A stretch of 64,000 bases of DNA from positions 1-64,000 of the forward strand of contig JBIKUX010000013.1 in assembly GCA_044347345.1 (NCBI GenBank), in the 5' to 3' direction. Each line of letters opens with the position of its first letter. Position 1 is the first letter of the stretch. The DNA is from Bdellovibrionota bacterium. GTDB taxonomy: Bacteria > Bdellovibrionota_C > UBA2361 > JBIKUX01. The notes beneath the pieces were generated by a model. That model did not search any database. It was not told where the DNA came from and saw only the letters and a program-made list of their open reading frames with translations. The position numbers were made by a program, and so were the translations under genes. Positions 39,862 to 48,543 of this stretch are shown piece by piece.

Positions 39862-41607
39862 CTACGGCTTACTATTTATCCGAGGTAAAATATCACTCAA
39901 AAGTCCCTCTGATAAGGCAATCATTCTGTGCAAAGGAAGAGTTTCTCTCAGACACTGAGCGATTTGTTGCCACCAACCTTGTAAAGAGCGGTCAGCTGTA
40001 AGCCATATTTTCTTTTGAAGAGAGGTAAGAATAGCTTGCTTTGATATGAAAGTAGCCCACGCTGAATCAAAGTCTTCCAAAACTGAGTTCTTTACCAGAG
40101 GCACAATTTTATTTATGAAAACGTTTTCCTCATATAGGAGAAAACCTATACTAAGAGCCTCGAAGGCTTGAAACGATTTGTCAACCAAGGAACCTACGCT
40201 CCCAAAATCACGCACTCTAACGGATGGTAGAGCAGCCACATTACGCTTAAAAAGATAAGCAAGAATTCCAAAATAATGCATTAAAGTAACTGAACTTAAA
40301 AACGGTGCGTTTGGTGAAATAAATTGAAGAAGAAGCTCTCTACTTGTTATAAGACCAAATGGTAGGACTGTCGTCGTTAGTTGCAACTCATTTGGCTCTA
40401 TACCGATATATTCGTGATCACAAGATGCAAAAGATAATTCCTCGTGCCTTAAAATACATGTCAGATCAAGTGGTGCTGTTCGTGCTACCACAGAAGTCTT
40501 ACAGGCACCATTTTCTTTTCTTACTCCACCAAAGGTTATAATGTCAGCATCTCCGGCAACTAGAGGTTTAAGCGCTTGAGCTAAATATGCTTTTGATAAA
40601 AAACCCGACTGTGTAATAATTGCTACATAATCACCAAGACTCTCTCCTATCAAATCAAGTAAATTTGAATTTCGTGATTGATCTGGAGAAACATATCTAA
40701 TTAAAGATGAACAAGCTTTAATCTTAGTTTTATCGTAGCATGGGCTAGATCCACATAAAATCTCAACATTCTGATAACCTGCCTGCTCAACAACTGATGA
40801 AAGAAAAAAATGGAGCTTATTGATATCTTGCGGTAAATCCGGAAGACAAATACTAATAAGATATTTTTGATTGTCTAATATTGTGTTAGTATGGCTTGTT
40901 TTCTTCTGAAGCGACCCGATGTTTTTATTACTTTTAGTTCCATATTCAAATACCTTAATATCTATCGAATATGTATGACTTGATACAAATGTTTCCTCTA
41001 TTTCTACCTTGTACCATGAGATAGGCTTAAGGTGGGATAGATTTTTACAGCGTAAAAGCCATTTTCTTCTCTCCTCATTAAAGCCAAGAAGATTGGAAAT
41101 GTTTAAGCCTAACTGAGCTATAATGAGTGGAAGACCGCTAAAAAAATCCGGTAATTCATACCAAGTAAAGGGTCTAATTGTCCTATTATAATATTCCCAG
41201 GCCTGCCATGACTCATGAATCGCCTGTAATGCGGGCAAAAAATTCTTTTTTCCCTCAATAAGTAAAGCCGCTTTTAAAAAAAAATAAATAACCTGTTCCA
41301 TACCGGCTATACCGATAAAAGTGTAGTCCACTCTAAATTCATTACAAGTGAGGTCTTTCGGTATAGGGGCTGATTCAACGGCTAAATACTGAGCGGAATA
41401 TTGAATGAGTGCATTATCAAGCTCGTAGATATCATCTTCACTTAGAGCGCAAATTCCATATAGCAAACACAGAATCGCAGAATTATTACACTCACTTTTA
41501 AGTAACGGAAGGGCTAAAGAACTTTCTCCGGCTGAAAGCAATCTAAATGAAGCTCTGATAATTCTATCCTGACCCTGAACCTGAGGCTCATCTTTTATCC
41601 TGTCCAT
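39862..41607 (-). CDS. Hypothetical protein with helical N-terminus and degenerate GT2-like domain
   Basis: LISICLP...SVVEQ.GYQNVEIL...GDYVAII resembles a GT2 fold but has no DxD. Confidence 0.5.
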   Translation of the reverse strand: MDRIKDEPQVQGQDRIIRASFRLLSAGESSLALPLLKSECNNSAILCLLYGICALSEDDIYELDNALIQYSAQYLAVESAPIPKDLTCNEFRVDYTFIGIAGMEQVIYFFLKAALLIEGKKNFLPALQAIHESWQAWEYYNRTIRPFTWYELPDFFSGLPLIIAQLGLNISNLLGFNEERRKWLLRCKNLSHLKPISWYKVEIEETFVSSHTYSIDIKVFEYGTKSNKNIGSLQKKTSHTNTILDNQKYLISICLPDLPQDINKLHFFLSSVVEQAGYQNVEILCGSSPCYDKTKIKACSSLIRYVSPDQSRNSNLLDLIGESLGDYVAIITQSGFLSKAYLAQALKPLVAGDADIITFGGVRKENGACKTSVVARTAPLDLTCILRHEELSFASCDHEYIGIEPNELQLTTTVLPFGLITSRELLLQFISPNAPFLSSVTLMHYFGILAYLFKRNVAALPSVRVRDFGSVGSLVDKSFQAFEALSIGFLLYEENVFINKIVPLVKNSVLEDFDSAWATFISKQAILTSLQKKIWLTADRSLQGWWQQIAQCLRETLPLHRMIALSEGLLSDILPRINSKP

Positions 41608-41744
41608 GTTATCTTACTTACTAACTGACCTACCTATCTTGTTACTTGGTGAACCTCTTACCAACTGCTCTAATCTGTCGAAAAATATGAGCAAGAATGC
41701 CGAGGAAAATAGAATTTAATTGTGTTAATAGTAGGTTATGCCAC

Positions 41745-41801
41745 CTAGCATACTTTTTGCTCTTATAATATAAAAATGTCCTCAGCTGCCAATATTTTGG
41801 C
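41745..41801 (+). promoter_or_regulatory. flgB promoter: atypical sigma54 -24/-12 element plus downstream 14-bp palindrome
   Basis: CTAGCATACTTTTTGCT (41745-41761) and GCCAATATTTTGGC (41788-41801); the same architecture recurs before fliE. Confidence 0.65.
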
Positions 41802-41850
41802 GATGTATAAAAAAGTGTCGCTTAATTTTTTAAGGCAAAGGAAAGTACCC

Positions 41851-42255
41851 ATGAGCATAGTAGACCAACTATTTGGAAGTCAGGTAACCGGTCTTTCAAA
41901 AATGCTGGATCTGAGTTGGCGTCGACACAAAGTCATAACTTCAAATATAGCAAATGCAGAAACACCTCAGTATAGAGCCGTAGATTTACACTTTGGGAGT
42001 GAGCTTGAGCGCGCATTTGATCAGTATCAAGGAGTTACTGCTCGAACCAGCCCACAACACCTAGAAGTATCTACTGAGAGTGTGGCTCATTTATTACCAG
42101 ACTTAACGGGTGCTACCAAACCTGACGGTAACAACGTAGATCTTGATATACAAATGGGTCAACTATCCTATAATAGCGGTAAATACTCACAGGCATCTGG
42201 GATACTACGCAGAAAATTCGAAAGAATCTCTAGTATAATTAGAACGGTAGCTTAG
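41851..42255 (+). CDS. flgB: Flagellar basal-body rod protein FlgB
   Basis: RHKVITSNIANAETPQYRAVD, DGNNVDLD. Confidence 0.95.
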   Translation: MSIVDQLFGSQVTGLSKMLDLSWRRHKVITSNIANAETPQYRAVDLHFGSELERAFDQYQGVTARTSPQHLEVSTESVAHLLPDLTGATKPDGNNVDLDIQMGQLSYNSGKYSQASGILRRKFERISSIIRTVA

Positions 42256-42257
42256 CT

Positions 42258-42686
42258 ATGAGTGATATTTACGAAATATTAGCAGCTGGAATGAGCGCGG
42301 CTAGACTAAGAGTAAATGTACTAGCTTCAAATATTGCTAATGCTGAAACATCCAAGACGGCTGAAGGTGGACCTTATAAAAGACGTGACATTGTTCAGAT
42401 AGCACAAACGGTAAAAGGTGAATTTACCGATGCGCTTGACACAATGACACTGATGAGACCAGCCGTACTTGCAGTAGTTGAGGATCAAACAAACCCAAGG
42501 TTAGTTCATCAACCAGGGCATCCCGATGCAGACGCCGACGGCATGGTATCTTTTCCAAATATCAATGTAGTCACCACTATGACAGACCTTATGGCGGCAA
42601 GCCGCTTATATCAGGCTAACGTTACAGCTCTGGAAACAGCTCGCCAGATGTCTGATGAAGCTAAGCGGATTTCTGTTCGCTCTTAA
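42258..42686 (+). CDS. flgC: Flagellar basal-body rod protein FlgC
   Basis: GMSAARLR..V.ASNIANAET...GGPYKRR, PGHPDAD..G.V.FPNIN, ASRLYQAN. Confidence 0.96.
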   Translation: MSDIYEILAAGMSAARLRVNVLASNIANAETSKTAEGGPYKRRDIVQIAQTVKGEFTDALDTMTLMRPAVLAVVEDQTNPRLVHQPGHPDADADGMVSFPNINVVTTMTDLMAASRLYQANVTALETARQMSDEAKRISVRS

Positions 42687-42726
42687 AAGAAGGAAACAAC
42701 ACTGATAGAAACCTTAGATACTTCCT

Positions 42727-42784
42727 CTAGCACAACTCTTGCTTACTTAAGGATTTAAATCACCAAAATTGTCAATGTTTTGGC
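42727..42784 (+). promoter_or_regulatory. fliE promoter: atypical sigma54 -24/-12 element plus downstream 14-bp palindrome
   Basis: CTAGCACAACTCTTGCT (42727-42743) and GTCAATGTTTTGGC (42771-42784). Confidence 0.65.
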
Positions 42785-42860
42785 ACAATAAAGGCGATCT
42801 TAAAAAGCTATAAAGCTGAAAGTTATACTTGCGAAGCAAAGATATCGAGGCAAGAAGAAT

Positions 42861-43184
42861 ATGTCTGTAGACAGTATCTCGAAAGCACTAAAAGGATTTT
42901 CATTTGAGCGAATTTCTCAGCCCCTTTTAGAGAAAAAAACTAATATTAGTGAATCAACTCAAGCCGGATTCAGCGAAGCTTTAGAGAAAGCTCTTGAACG
43001 AGTAAATAGTCTTGATGTACAAGCTGAAAATCTGGTTGCTCAGGCTACATCTGGTAAAAAACAAGTCGCTCCTCACGAACTTATCTTATCTTTGGAAAAG
43101 GCAGATGTTGCATTTGAGCTTATGAATAAAGTCAGGCAACAAGTAATAAGAGCCTATGAGGAGGTGATGAGAACCCCAATTTAA
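42861..43184 (+). CDS. fliE: Flagellar hook-basal body protein FliE
   Basis: F...L..AL..VN, HEL....EKA...FELM.KVR..VI.AYEEVMR. Confidence 0.93.
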   Translation: MSVDSISKALKGFSFERISQPLLEKKTNISESTQAGFSEALEKALERVNSLDVQAENLVAQATSGKKQVAPHELILSLEKADVAFELMNKVRQQVIRAYEEVMRTPI

Positions 43185-43213
43185 TAGTAGAAATTTTATA
43201 GTGAGCCACAATT

Positions 43214-44941
43214 ATGGCAAAGCCGCCACGATCAAGTTTTGACTTATCTGCTTCTTTTGCTCAATTAATTGATGCTTATTTGAAGCTACCATTAAATCAA
43301 AAAATATTATTCCCATTTCTTTTAGCACTATCAGTGTGGGCGATTGTTTTTGTAGCGCAATGGGCGAATAAAGCTGATTATGTGGTATTATTCTCAGACC
43401 TTGAGTCAGCAGATGCTGGAGCCGTTATTGAGCGATTAAAAACAATGAAAGTAGCTTATGAAGTTCGTGGTGACGGCCGAACAGTAGCTATATCTCCACC
43501 CGAGATGGTTCATGAGATGAGACTACAACTTGCCTCAGAGGGAATCCCTTCAAAAGGGACAGTTGGATGGGAGGTATTTGATGGTGTCAGTTTAGGGCTT
43601 ACCCAACAACAAGAATGGTCACTCCGTATTCGTGCTAAGCAGGGAGAGCTAGAAAGAACTATAGCGGCACTTGAGGCGGTGCAAGCAGTTCGAGTGCACA
43701 TTTCTGAGCCAGAACACCGCGGTTTTGGTAAAAATGAACAACAAGCCACTGCATCAGTACTACTTAGATTACGCGCTGGAGGGGAACTCGATCGCAAGCA
43801 GATAAAAGGAATAGCAAACTTAGTAGCAGGTAGCGTTCAGGGTTTAAAGCCGGAGAATGTTACAATTATTGATAGTAACGGTAACCCACTCACACAATCT
43901 GAGGAAGAGCGCAAAAATGAACTTGATGGTGGTGGAGAGTCTTACCGTATTGAATATCAAAGAACTGTTGAAAGAGGCTATATTGATAGGATTGAGCAAA
44001 TGCTACAAAAAGTGCTTGGTCCAGGTAAAGCCGTAGCTAGAGTAACGGCGGATATAGATTATTCGAGCAGTGAACGAGAGGAAGAAAGCTATGATCCTGG
44101 AGGTCAAGTTATTAGATCAGAACGTACTATAGCAGAGGGAACAGGTGCATCTCAGCGAGGTGGAGTTCCAGGCGTTACAAGTAATCTTAGTAACGATCCA
44201 AATCTATTGTCTCCACCAAAAAGTGACGGCGAAAACTCAAAACGAAGCGAAAGCGTCAAAAATTATGAAGTATCCAGAGCAATCACTAAAAGTGTTGCAC
44301 CTCGAGGAAGTGTCGTAAAACTTTCAGCAGCTGTTCTTGTAGATGGTACATACGAAGAGCCGACAAGTACAACAGAATCTGCATCACCATCCGAAAAACC
44401 GTCTGAAGAAGCTCCAGCTCAAGAAAAGGAGACCGCTTCGCAAAAAAAAGTTTTTAAACCACTCGATGCAGAAACCCTTGCTCGAATTGAGGGTATAGTA
44501 AAGGGTGCGATAGGCTTTGATTCCAATAGGGGTGATTCTGTAACCGTTGAGAGCATTCCTTTTTATCAACCCGACCAAAGTCTTGAAGAGTCCCTAAAAA
44601 GTGCGGAAATGTGGCAAAATATCTTCGGTATTTCATCTAGAATCCTACCTGCACTATTTGTCTTTATCTTTATCTGGGCCTTTGTACGTCCACTTCTTAA
44701 CTTTATATTAACACCATCTGAGGCAGAGACAGATTTAAATAGACTTCTACCTAAGGGAGTTTTTGAACTTGAGAAAGAACTGGATGCTGAACGAACAAAG
44801 GCTACAATTCCTGAATTTGAGCCAACCATTGACCTTGAGCAACTAGAAGAGCTCATGTCTGAGAACTCTCGAATTGTAAGGGAAAATCCGCAACAAGCTG
44901 CTCTTCTCATAAGATGGTGGTTAAATGATGGAAGGTTATAA
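43214..44941 (+). CDS. fliF: Flagellar M-ring protein FliF
   Basis: Two TM segments, Y.VLFSDL, G.VGWEVFD, GELERTI, ATASVLL, NYEVS, GFDSNRGD and C-terminal P..AALLIRWWL. Confidence 0.96.
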   Translation: MAKPPRSSFDLSASFAQLIDAYLKLPLNQKILFPFLLALSVWAIVFVAQWANKADYVVLFSDLESADAGAVIERLKTMKVAYEVRGDGRTVAISPPEMVHEMRLQLASEGIPSKGTVGWEVFDGVSLGLTQQQEWSLRIRAKQGELERTIAALEAVQAVRVHISEPEHRGFGKNEQQATASVLLRLRAGGELDRKQIKGIANLVAGSVQGLKPENVTIIDSNGNPLTQSEEERKNELDGGGESYRIEYQRTVERGYIDRIEQMLQKVLGPGKAVARVTADIDYSSSEREEESYDPGGQVIRSERTIAEGTGASQRGGVPGVTSNLSNDPNLLSPPKSDGENSKRSESVKNYEVSRAITKSVAPRGSVVKLSAAVLVDGTYEEPTSTTESASPSEKPSEEAPAQEKETASQKKVFKPLDAETLARIEGIVKGAIGFDSNRGDSVTVESIPFYQPDQSLEESLKSAEMWQNIFGISSRILPALFVFIFIWAFVRPLLNFILTPSEAETDLNRLLPKGVFELEKELDAERTKATIPEFEPTIDLEQLEELMSENSRIVRENPQQAALLIRWWLNDGRL

Positions 44942-45058
44942 AGCTAGGAGTTATTGCTGAGTTCAAGTGAGCTGAATCTAACTATTCATAATATAGGCTC
45001 AGATTTTAAGGCAACAATAATGAAGTTCTTTATCACAAATAGTAGATAATCAAAGAAT

Positions 45059-45898
45059 ATGAGTGGCGATACTGAACATCCTTCATCTCAAATAGAGAGC
45101 TCTGAACCAAAGATAACTCAACTTAATCATGTAACATCACCCTTTATAGAGGCTGGATTTCCAATAATTGGTGATGTTAATGACAATTATCAATTTGAAC
45201 CTTTTAAAGCAGAATTGATTGGGGAAAATGACCTAAAATCTGATCCCATGTTTGAAATTTTCGCAGATTTTGAAAATAACCCGAGTAATATTCGGTGGCA
45301 CTTGCCGCCTGATATAGCGAAGCAGAAGCAGCTTGAACTAATTCAAGGTGACCAAGTCGAACAAACAATAACTCTAACTGTTAAGGAATTTGAAAATGAA
45401 ATAAAAAGTGCTACAGAAAAAGGAGCATCAGAGGGCTTCATATCTGCTCAAAATCAATTTGAAGAGAAACTTACAGAATCATCCAGACGTATCTTAGATA
45501 TTTTTGAGCAACTAAAAGAACAAATTGACGCATCTATAGAAATGATGCAGAGGAAAGCTGTTAAACTATCTGTAGATTTAGCTGGACAGATTCTTAATCA
45601 AAAAATTAACGAAGATCCATATTACTTGATACCCGTTATACGAGAGGCATTTGGTTTAGTATCAGATTCAAAAATATTTTCAGTAAAAGTTTCGCCTCAC
45701 GATTTTGAGTTTCTTGATAAGAGCCAACTTTTAGAAAAGCTCGGTCAGCAACAAGACACTTGGGAGTTTCTTCCTGACTCAAATATTGAGGCTGGTTGTA
45801 TTGTTGAAACAACAGCTGGTCAGATTGAGATTGATCTCTTATCAAGTTTTTCTCAGTTAAAGAATATATTGCTAGAGGAAGATGAACAATCCTCCTGA
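45059..45898 (+). CDS. fliH: Flagellar assembly protein FliH
   Basis: A..KG..EGF repeat region, VKVSP.D, D..I..GCIVET..GQI; directly upstream of fliI. Confidence 0.85.
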   Translation: MSGDTEHPSSQIESSEPKITQLNHVTSPFIEAGFPIIGDVNDNYQFEPFKAELIGENDLKSDPMFEIFADFENNPSNIRWHLPPDIAKQKQLELIQGDQVEQTITLTVKEFENEIKSATEKGASEGFISAQNQFEEKLTESSRRILDIFEQLKEQIDASIEMMQRKAVKLSVDLAGQILNQKINEDPYYLIPVIREAFGLVSDSKIFSVKVSPHDFEFLDKSQLLEKLGQQQDTWEFLPDSNIEAGCIVETTAGQIEIDLLSSFSQLKNILLEEDEQSS

Positions 45899-47204
45899 TC
45901 GCTTCGACAAAGCACTCCTTACAGCAAAAGAATTATCTCGTTTTAAGAAGCGGGGATCAGTAACAGAGATTAGAGGGCTTATTATCGAGGCAAGTGGCCC
46001 ACTTGCTCCCCTTGGATCTTCAGTAACGATAGAAGGGGAAAATCTATCTGCTCGAGCGCAAATTGTTGGTTTTACGAAGGAAAAAGTGCTTTTGATGGCT
46101 TATGATGATGTATACGGATTAGTGCCAGGAGCCTCGGTCATTTTTTCTTCAGGAGATAAAGAGGTAAAAGCATCACTGGATCTACTAGGACGAGTTGTTA
46201 ATGGCTTTGGCGCGCCAATTGATGGAGGACCAAGGATAAATTCCGGAGATTCTATTCAACTTTATCGACAACCTCCTAATCCACTCACCAGACGACCTAT
46301 TTCTCAGGTACTTGATGTTGGCGTGCGAGTTATAAACACATTACTTACTATTGGAAAAGGTCAAAGGCTGGGAATAATGGCAGGCTCAGGTGTAGGTAAA
46401 TCTACCCTTTTAGGAATGATTGCAAAGTATGCTGCTAGTGATGTGAATGTTATTGCTCTTGTCGGGGAACGAGGACGAGAGGTTCGAGAGTTTATTGAAC
46501 GAGATTTAGGAGCAGAGGGTAAAAAAAGATCAGTAGTAGTCGTTGCTACTGGAGATACCTCTCCTCTAGAGCGCCTTAGAGCTGCTTTTTTAGCAACTGC
46601 CTATGCAGAGTTTTTTCGTGACCAAGGTAAGAAGGTTATCCTGATGATGGATTCAGTAACGAGACTTGCAATGGCTCAACGAGAAATTGGATTAGCGATT
46701 GGAGAGCCTCCCAGTACTAAAGGTTATACTCCTTCAGTGTTTTCTATGCTTCCCAAACTTTTGGAACGCGCGGGTAATTGCTCTGGTGAAGGATCTATTA
46801 CCGGATTATATACAACCCTTGTTGAAGGCGATGATATGAACGAGCCCATAGCTGACGCAGTAAGAGGGATACTTGACGGACACATTGTGCTATCTCGAAA
46901 GCTAGCAGGAAGAGGTCATTTTCCTGCCGTTGAGGTTTTAGAGAGCGTATCTCGAGTTGTCAGAGATATTGTTCCAAGCGATGCTTTAAATCTTGCTCAA
47001 ATGGTTAGGGAAGTTTTAGCAACATATAAAGATACTGAGGATCTTATAACCATCGGCGCATACAAGCCTGGACAGAATAAACAAGTCGATCGAGCTGTGT
47101 CACTGTATGAGCCATTGATAAAGTTTTTAATTCAAGCAGCAGACTCAAAAAGTTCGATGGAGGAATCTTGGCAGCACTTGGTAAGTATCTTTTCCAAATC
47201 TTAA
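45882..47204 (+). CDS. fliI: Flagellar export ATPase FliI
   Basis: AGSGVGKSTLLGM, GERGREVREF, MDSVTR, GEPP..KGY, DGHIVLSR. Confidence 0.97.
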   Translation: MNNPPDRFDKALLTAKELSRFKKRGSVTEIRGLIIEASGPLAPLGSSVTIEGENLSARAQIVGFTKEKVLLMAYDDVYGLVPGASVIFSSGDKEVKASLDLLGRVVNGFGAPIDGGPRINSGDSIQLYRQPPNPLTRRPISQVLDVGVRVINTLLTIGKGQRLGIMAGSGVGKSTLLGMIAKYAASDVNVIALVGERGREVREFIERDLGAEGKKRSVVVVATGDTSPLERLRAAFLATAYAEFFRDQGKKVILMMDSVTRLAMAQREIGLAIGEPPSTKGYTPSVFSMLPKLLERAGNCSGEGSITGLYTTLVEGDDMNEPIADAVRGILDGHIVLSRKLAGRGHFPAVEVLESVSRVVRDIVPSDALNLAQMVREVLATYKDTEDLITIGAYKPGQNKQVDRAVSLYEPLIKFLIQAADSKSSMEESWQHLVSIFSKS

Positions 47205-47247
47205 ATTTTTTCTCGACGTTATCTTTAATTCTCAGAGGATATAGTTT

Positions 47248-47685
47248 GTGAAAAAATTTTCATTTCGATTAGAACGAATCTTGCAATACAGAAAACGATA
47301 CGAAGATGAAAAAAAGCGTCAATTAACTAATGCTGTTTCAGCACGCGATTTAATACTGGCAAAACAGCGAGAAATTTTAAAGTCTCTGGAGGAAAACGAA
47401 ATTCAAACTTCTGAAGAGCAATCTGCTGGAGTAGCACTACAAGGCTTATATGGTGCAGGGCTACTTGCACAACTTGCCCTCAGTGAACAAGAGATTATTG
47501 AACATGAGAAACGCATTGAAATTATCAAAAATGAATATATTGAGGCGATTAAAGATGTAAAGGTTCTAACTACCATTAAGGAGTCTAGGCTTGCAGAGTA
47601 CAATCACGACTTAGAAAAAGCTGAGGCCGCAATAATTGATGAACTAGCCACTCAACGCTCACCAAGAAAGAGGTACACGCTATGA
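47248..47685 (+). CDS. fliJ: Flagellar export chaperone FliJ
   Basis: MKKFSFRLERIL.YR...E, coiled coil, C-terminal IDELA; follows fliI. Confidence 0.9.
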   Translation: MKKFSFRLERILQYRKRYEDEKKRQLTNAVSARDLILAKQREILKSLEENEIQTSEEQSAGVALQGLYGAGLLAQLALSEQEIIEHEKRIEIIKNEYIEAIKDVKVLTTIKESRLAEYNHDLEKAEAAIIDELATQRSPRKRYTL

Positions 47686-48518
47686 AAAAATCTCGTCCAA
47701 CTATGTCAAAAGAACAAGCGATTGAGCTTTACAACGATCTCCACCGAACCATGCAACAAATGGTAAAAAATACCGCATCCATGAATCCAAAGACGGATTT
47801 ATCAAAAAAACCACAAAATAAAAATATTGATAAGGCCAGTACTCTGAAAATTTCAAATCATCCAAACGACTGGGAAGCTGAAGGTACCAAACTTAGCTAT
47901 AAATCGAGTTGGAGCTCTTCCAGTAAAGGAATGTTTTTAACAATAGCGGCTCTTTGTGCCATTCGGCTAATATTTGGTATAGCTGAGTTTTTGGGAGTCA
48001 ATATTTCTAAATTACAGGAAGCTAAGGCTGTAACCAAATCAGAGGTTACCCTTCAGAATACTCCTCGACTTCCTATGACCAATACAGAGCGAGATTTACT
48101 TTTGGATTTAGATCGTAGGCGAGTAGACCTCGAGAGCCGATCTGCTCGTCTCGATGACCGAGCCAAGGAATTAGCTGAGCAAGAAAAAGCATTATCTGTT
48201 CAGCTAAGTGAGCTCCGAGAGCTTACGGGTGCACTTCGTCAAGCTCGGCTCGAAAATTCAAAAGAAGAGTCCGCAAAAGTAGAACAACTCTCAAAAGTTT
48301 ACGGATCTATGAATCCACCTGAAGCCGCTGCCTTAATTGAACAACTAGACATTCAAATCGCTTTACCACTTTTGGTGAGAATGCCTGATAAGCGAATGGC
48401 ACAAATTTTAGCTCTTATGAAGCCAGAGAAAGCCGTACAGATCACTAGAATGTTATCCAGCACAAAATATGATTCATCACCTCTACCGAAACAGAGCGAA
48501 AAATCTAATCTTAAGTAA
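47682..48518 (+). CDS. MotE/FlbB (YlxF-like) flagellar protein with MgtE-N-like domain
   Basis: TM + coiled coil + LSKVYGSMNPPEAA.LIEQLD...L..M....A.IL..M.PEKA. Confidence 0.8.
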   Translation: MKKSRPTMSKEQAIELYNDLHRTMQQMVKNTASMNPKTDLSKKPQNKNIDKASTLKISNHPNDWEAEGTKLSYKSSWSSSSKGMFLTIAALCAIRLIFGIAEFLGVNISKLQEAKAVTKSEVTLQNTPRLPMTNTERDLLLDLDRRRVDLESRSARLDDRAKELAEQEKALSVQLSELRELTGALRQARLENSKEESAKVEQLSKVYGSMNPPEAAALIEQLDIQIALPLLVRMPDKRMAQILALMKPEKAVQITRMLSSTKYDSSPLPKQSEKSNLK

Positions 48519-48543
48519 ATATAATTAGGTAAACTATCAAATA

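Noticed and set aside
42780-42796. Canonical-looking TTGGCAC-N5-AGGC sigma54 site before fliE
   Set aside because: Poor -12 element, overlaps the 14-bp palindrome and has no counterpart before flgB. The TAGC site is better supported, though this one is not fully excluded.
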